Program-made: the position numbers and the translations under genes | NCBI GenBank assembly: GCA_963796685.1 | Contig: CAWCMR010000025.1 | Location: 1,664,001 to 1,728,000, forward strand | Reading direction: 5' to 3' | Length of the DNA stretch: 64,000 bases | Source: an uncultured delta proteobacterium | GTDB taxonomy: Bacteria > Myxococcota_A > Polyangia > Fen-1088 | The notes under the pieces: generated by a model | What the model saw: the letters and a program-made list of their open reading frames with translations, nothing else | Databases searched by the model: none | Told to the model about the DNA's origin: nothing | In this document: one piece after another, positions 60,201 to 64,000 of the stretch | Position numbering within the stretch: the first letter of the stretch is position 1 | How the letters are laid out: each line of letters begins with the position of its first letter

Positions 60201-61402
60201 AAGAAGGCCAAGATGACGCCCAGGCTGAACTGGTCGGAGGCCGGCTCGGCGCTGCTGAACGCCGTCACCACCTCAGGTGCCGAGAAAATCAGCCGGTCAT
60301 CGGCGATGGTCGTCAGCGAAATGGTGGTGTCGACGGCGAGCTGTTTGGCGAGATCGAAGCCCGTCACGCGGATCTGCTCCGGATCGGGCTTGTCCTCGAC
60401 AAGGAGCACCTCCGGCCGCAGCAGCCGATGCACGACACCCTGACGGTGGGCCTCGTCCAGCGTCTGGGCAATGCGCATCCAGAGATCGGTGCGCGTCCGC
60501 AGATCCGCCTTCGACTTGCCACGCGCATCGGAGCCATAACGCTCGATCCACGTCGTGAGCGTGATGCCTTTGAAGTACTCGAAGGGCAGGACGATGCCTG
60601 CTTCGTCCGAGAAGGGCTGGTCGGCCTTGCGGATGCCCTCGCTGCGGCCCAAGCGTCCGAGCACCTGCGCTTCCCAGCGTGCGCGCTCTTCGATGCGCGC
60701 CCTTTGCGCATCCGTCGCAAGCTGAGGCACGCTGTAGATGCGCAGGATGCGTTCGGCTGATGAAAGTGTGTTGCGCCCGAGTAGCTCGGTGTAGGTGTCG
60801 TGGTGGCTCAGGGTTTCGACGATCTCGTATTCGCGCACGCGCCGTACGGGCTTGGTTCCCGCGGGCACACCGGTCAGAACGCGCAGAAGGTCCTGTTCGG
60901 CGGCGGAAGTCGGGGCAAGCGAGGTCCGGCTGCTGAGCCTCTCTACAAGAGCACGATCCTGCAGAGCGGTGAGGATTGTCTTCCTGGTGTGAATTCGGTC
61001 CTTGCTGGCCGGACCGCGGACGCCAACGTCGTTCGTGGCCGATAGGAAGACGAGTCCCTCGACCCAGAGCTGACCGGCCCGGAAGCTTTCGCGCTTGAGC
61101 TGGCTCTTCAGGACCTGCGCGGTCACGCGATTCAACCGGAGCGGACTGGGAACAGGGTGCGGTACGTACCAGTCGTGGTCGGTGCCCTCGATCCTCCCAC
61201 GGTAGGACTTGATCTCGACGACGAATACGGCGTGCGGTGCAACGACCACGGCATCCAGCTCGTAAATGACGCCCGTGCGTTCGACAAGCCAGGTGTTGCC
61301 GTAGACGGTGTAGTCGGACGAGAGCCCTTCGACGAGGTAGCGCAGTGCCTGCCTCTCGGCATCGTGCGCGGATTCGCCGACCGGGATGAAGTTCGCGGGC
61401 AT
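57290..61402 (-). CDS. pglW: BREX-2 NERD + pseudokinase + Ser/Thr kinase + alphaCTD-like protein
   Basis: NERD ELDAVV...VEIKS; first kinase degenerate (HRLLRP, GFD); second intact (GQGGMA, ALK, HKDLKPDN, DFS); start MPANFIP at 61402. Confidence 0.88.
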   Translation of the reverse strand: MPANFIPVGESAHDAERQALRYLVEGLSSDYTVYGNTWLVERTGVIYELDAVVVAPHAVFVVEIKSYRGRIEGTDHDWYVPHPVPSPLRLNRVTAQVLKSQLKRESFRAGQLWVEGLVFLSATNDVGVRGPASKDRIHTRKTILTALQDRALVERLSSRTSLAPTSAAEQDLLRVLTGVPAGTKPVRRVREYEIVETLSHHDTYTELLGRNTLSSAERILRIYSVPQLATDAQRARIEERARWEAQVLGRLGRSEGIRKADQPFSDEAGIVLPFEYFKGITLTTWIERYGSDARGKSKADLRTRTDLWMRIAQTLDEAHRQGVVHRLLRPEVLLVEDKPDPEQIRVTGFDLAKQLAVDTTISLTTIADDRLIFSAPEVVTAFSSAEPASDQFSLGVILAFLLTGKPLFDSTRQLMAARRLMRRVRDVAPRVPLRLDEAVARMLELRPTDRFSSLPEAITAVRLAREPESPALPGIPPDRRVPLDADNLQPRTLVGTDYEITGRLGQGGMAVVYAARHLLSGRTRALKIARSENAAEEALQGEYHALSSLDHPNIVRVIDLTKMVEGRLTLVMERVGDESLREWLAKHPTPEPTAQRRLAEDLLAGLDYLEQKAVTHKDLKPDNLLVSDGRLTIIDFSLAGIPVDAPYGGTALYRDPASAMWTHATDRFAAALCLFELYAGRHAFDGHVPEPGQAPSVREDDISPSGLASFFRKALDPVPEKRFPSARSMRDALLVALGDDSAAASSGQPPPRLEPTASLRTAGLSRRAINALVRSHVHTVGQLLALQPTQIRTIHAIGSKTASDIIRFQESMRAQGVAPTAPVPGQPIETSLMPDLVDCPEPVEKLPLPATLRAALVAADLPTVGAVAALSRDELLEVDGIGRTRLAQVVEALHRFQSHSPESAEGAYTLDRIWELASRPLSDGQRIAVERTIGITGEPEQQGEIAEDLHKSQSQISIDLSIGLERFDQGALADLMQALDNVLDGFSGIARLDDIGARFEEEWPAAVVTGSGIVRLLVRTSSGRAHLIEVDGADQPLVARPIYDRKTLYDFAAETVRLASQWPPVEPETARKTLAALLPHFEGDALALGVRLCDDVLTTESGHLFVGPLEPKQSIGFVLELARDPMSLDELERRVRRAFGEDTPYPAPDHLLEILRELECRVQGDTVLPGRTGSIIATPALAPDELPSTFRSERSPEDAVRDMLRDAAGTRGFRMLVTPPERHPEIGRSVAACLGGTWVSFEDAFFSDHAADMLSLERAEKFVAQRDALTEAAEATLFRLLEEHGGVGKTIVVGDTALFALCDALDLPRRLYDETLSGSHGFWILVVPGVIHKQQPLFNEGSPMWHLDGATLPLANPLCIDAKRVGGQGA

Positions 61403-61404
61403 CG

Positions 61405-62154
61405 TTACACCAGCAGAACCTTCGCCGTGGGGAACCAGATGGCCAGCTGGTCCTGGACACGGTACGTGCCGCCCTTGTCCGGGTGGACCCCGATCACGAA
61501 ATCGAAGCTGCGCTGACGAAGCGGATGGTTCTGGTCGCGAAGACCGTCGGGCTGGATGCGGGTGATGAAGTCGGGATGGGGCGCGCCGAGGTCGAGAGCA
61601 ATCACGCCAGCAAGGGTCAGTTCTTGCCACGTGCCGCAGGCGATGGCGAAGTTGTCCTGCAGGGTAAGGTCGCGCTGGCTCGACACCAGATGGTGTGCGA
61701 GCTGGCCGCCGGTGCCGGGAAGCTCAAGCACCCTCTGGTGGGCCTTGACCACGTGCAAGTCCGAGCGGGCGAGCTTGGTTGAAACGCCCAGCAGCCGGGA
61801 CTGTTCGCCCACGTAGTCCGGTCCCGCGGTCTTGAGATCGAGGGACGCAAGGGCACCAAGCCAGTCGTTGGCCAGCCCGTCAGAAAGTCGATTGAGCTCT
61901 AGGTGGTCGTCGACGACCGCGGCGTCGAATGGGATCCGATGAAGCACGGCCGCGTCTTCGAACAGCAGCTCGATGAGGTCAGCGGCCGATAGACGGCCAC
62001 GGAAACGGGACCACGTGGCAAGGTCGGGCTCGGTAAGCCGCGGGGGCCGCCGACCGGCGGCTTCGTCGCGGGCGAGGGAGTGCAGCAGTACTGCCGTCCA
62101 GGTGCCGGTAGGAAGCTGGTGCGACTCAAGGCGAGAAATGTCGAGCCCTGCCAT
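61405..62154 (-). CDS. Hypothetical protein leading the BREX operon
   Basis: 249-aa ORF ending 2 nt before the pglW start. Confidence 0.75.
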   Translation of the reverse strand: MAGLDISRLESHQLPTGTWTAVLLHSLARDEAAGRRPPRLTEPDLATWSRFRGRLSAADLIELLFEDAAVLHRIPFDAAVVDDHLELNRLSDGLANDWLGALASLDLKTAGPDYVGEQSRLLGVSTKLARSDLHVVKAHQRVLELPGTGGQLAHHLVSSQRDLTLQDNFAIACGTWQELTLAGVIALDLGAPHPDFITRIQPDGLRDQNHPLRQRSFDFVIGVHPDKGGTYRVQDQLAIWFPTAKVLLV

Positions 62155-62359
62155 CAGAGAGCCTCGCTTGCCATGCTGCCGGCCCGCGTCTGCGGATCGT
62201 CAGGGATGAATCTGTTCAATGATAATGAGGGGTTACGCATGGTCCAGCTCGGGAGGCTGTCGAGTCATCGCCACAGCAGGTCAAAGGACTCGGCGCCCAA
62301 CGACGGTACCACGTGCGACCTACGGGCAGAAGGGCCACCCGAAGGGCTGTGCCGCATCG

Positions 62360-62903
62360 CCGGCAAGTCAGATAGAGCGCTCCACTTTGCGGGTCCTCAC
62401 CGAGATGCTCGCGTACAACCAGCGCCAACCAGTCGAACGACCGCCGCATGTCCTGCGGCTCGAGACATACAAAATGCGCACCGATGCTGGAATCATCGTC
62501 GTGTCTCCAGCGCATCGACCACTCTGCAAAACGCCCCAGCGTCGAAGCCGGACGAAACCATCACGCGAGCGCCACTGGCCAGCACAACCTCGATTCTATC
62601 GCCGGCGTCCGAGCCGTCAGCGGGCACCACAACGCCCGTGCGCACCTCGACGAAGCCAACCTCAGTCTTCGACCGCGGTCGCCTTGTCACTGAACCCCTT
62701 GAATCTCGGCCAATCAGCCACTTGTAGTACTGCAGGGTCCCCGCGTTGATCCTCGCCTCGGCTGCGAACTTGTTTGCCGTCAGCCCGCTACGCGCCCACC
62801 GTGCAACCAGCTCCACCCGCTTCTTGCGTGTCTCTCGTACCATCGCCGCATCTGAACCGCCTCCACCCGGGCGTTGTCAGCACGCGGATCGATGAACGGA
62901 TAC
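62360..62903 (-). mobile_element. IS66-family remnant (tnpA, truncated tnpB, no tnpC)
   Basis: TnpA 62493-62843 (WARSGLT...FVEV...IEVVLASGARV); TnpB fragment DMRRSFD.L...GEDPQSGALY; possible left end GTATCCG at 62903. Confidence 0.8.
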
Positions 62904-62994
62904 AGTTTGTCACCTGCTCTGCCGCAATTCGCCGAGAGCATGGGGAATAGAGGGGGACGGCGAACGCCGAACCACACCATGGTATGGTGCGCGA

Positions 62995-64000
62995 ATGCGA
63001 ACGAACCTGCGCTTGCTGTCCATTGCACGAGTGACGCTGACGGTGACCCTATTACTGTCGTGGGGCGCATGTGCCCACCGTGGTGAGGCGACCGCGACGC
63101 CTGCCGTCTCAGCGCAGTCCATCGATGGTGAGTGGGTGCTGGTGGGAAGAACGCCAATTGTCTCGGCCAAGCTGACCGTCGCCCAGGGAAACGCGCGGCT
63201 CGTCGCTTCCGAAGGCCGCGAAAGCGAGACTGAGGACTATCGGATCGTTGGGACGGCCGGCCGGCGCACTGACTTCGCGCGCGTGAGAAATGGCCAAGTG
63301 GAGCCGAAGGACATCACGCCGTTCGTCGTGTTGTCTGCCGGCCACGCCCTTTGGCTCAGTCACGGCCCGCTCGCAGCAGCCAGAGCCTATCGATTCACGC
63401 CGATTCCTGACACCTTCTTCGGCACGCATCCCATGGATCCCAACCCAGATCAGTGCTCGACGGTTGCTGTCAGCGACCGTTCGATCCTGTTGACCTTTGG
63501 CAACGGCAAGACAGAGGAATTCTTGGCGCGGACCGTAACCAATCAAGATGCCACGACCGTTCGGGTGGCGACCAACCTGGGCACGCTCGTTCTCACGCGC
63601 GAGGGCGAGCGGTTGCGACTGGAGGTCGAGCCTTCTCTCGTCAACTCTCGAATCCAATACACGGGCCATTTCCAAGGAAACGCCAAGGCGAAGGGAACCC
63701 CGGCCGCGCTATCCTCGCAGGTGGTCCCGGACGGTCGATACGCGGTCGCATGCCTGCGTGGCATATCAGATCTCCGCGGTCAGTTCGACGTCAGGGGGAA
63801 CACATGGACACGGGTCGGATCCAATGCGAAGCCGTCGCAGGTCACACTTAGACCTGTGAAGGCCATTGGCGACAACTGGCAGCTCGTCGAAGCGACCCTC
63901 ACCGGGGTGCGGGACCCTCGAGAACTGATCGTCGAACGGTTCTCCGAAGGATACATCATCCAAAGCCGTGAGGACGTAGTGGTGTCCTATCCCACGACGA
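62995..64000 (+). CDS. Putative lipoprotein, partial (runs off the window)
   Basis: Translated by hand: MRTNLRLLSIARVTLTVTLLLSWGAC...; open to the window end, so it is missing from the ORF track. Confidence 0.65.
   Translation, partial: MRTNLRLLSIARVTLTVTLLLSWGACAHRGEATATPAVSAQSIDGEWVLVGRTPIVSAKLTVAQGNARLVASEGRESETEDYRIVGTAGRRTDFARVRNGQVEPKDITPFVVLSAGHALWLSHGPLAAARAYRFTPIPDTFFGTHPMDPNPDQCSTVAVSDRSILLTFGNGKTEEFLARTVTNQDATTVRVATNLGTLVLTREGERLRLEVEPSLVNSRIQYTGHFQGNAKAKGTPAALSSQVVPDGRYAVACLRGISDLRGQFDVRGNTWTRVGSNAKPSQVTLRPVKAIGDNWQLVEATLTGVRDPRELIVERFSEGYIIQSREDVVVSYPTT

Noticed and set aside
57290-61402. Dead first kinase domain as a sign of pglW decay
   Set aside because: A degenerate first kinase domain is, to my knowledge, usual for PglW, and the ORF is intact.

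Overview
High-GC bacterial DNA. The gene content (multi-domain DsbA, REC-DUF4388-DnaJ-TPR, Cys-rich lipoproteins) suggests Myxococcota, which is an inference. The window has four parts. (1) 1-7757 is the right end of an integrated virus-like element. It is bounded by a 3' half-copy of tRNA-Phe (att site) and encodes a PRD1-P9/A32-like packaging ATPase, a probable double-jelly-roll capsid protein with an unusual multi-TM N-terminal extension, small membrane proteins, Zn-finger and HTH proteins, and a replication-initiator-like gene with internal 11-bp iterons. No tail, portal or terminase genes are visible, so this is the best candidate for an undescribed system: a tailless, membrane-containing temperate virus. 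(2) 7.8-34.3 kb is mostly ordinary chromosome: thiol-redox genes, GT-C glycosyltransferases, GH113 and GH16, a TetR-EmrB-EmrA-TolC pump with frameshifted tolC, phosphoketolase, two Hsp20, vapBC, glmU, ilvE and a UDP-GlcA decarboxylase. (3) 34.3-40.4 kb is an accessory region with TA remnants, a MITE that re-starts a glycosyltransferase gene, and a TPR/Cys-rich lipoprotein pair. (4) 40.4-62.2 kb is a complete type 2 BREX (Pgl) locus with a Schlafen-domain gene and an ABC-ATPase/DUF4276 pair translationally coupled inside it and an unknown lead gene. An IS66 remnant and a lipoprotein running off the window follow. All calls come from motif reading by eye; no searches were run.
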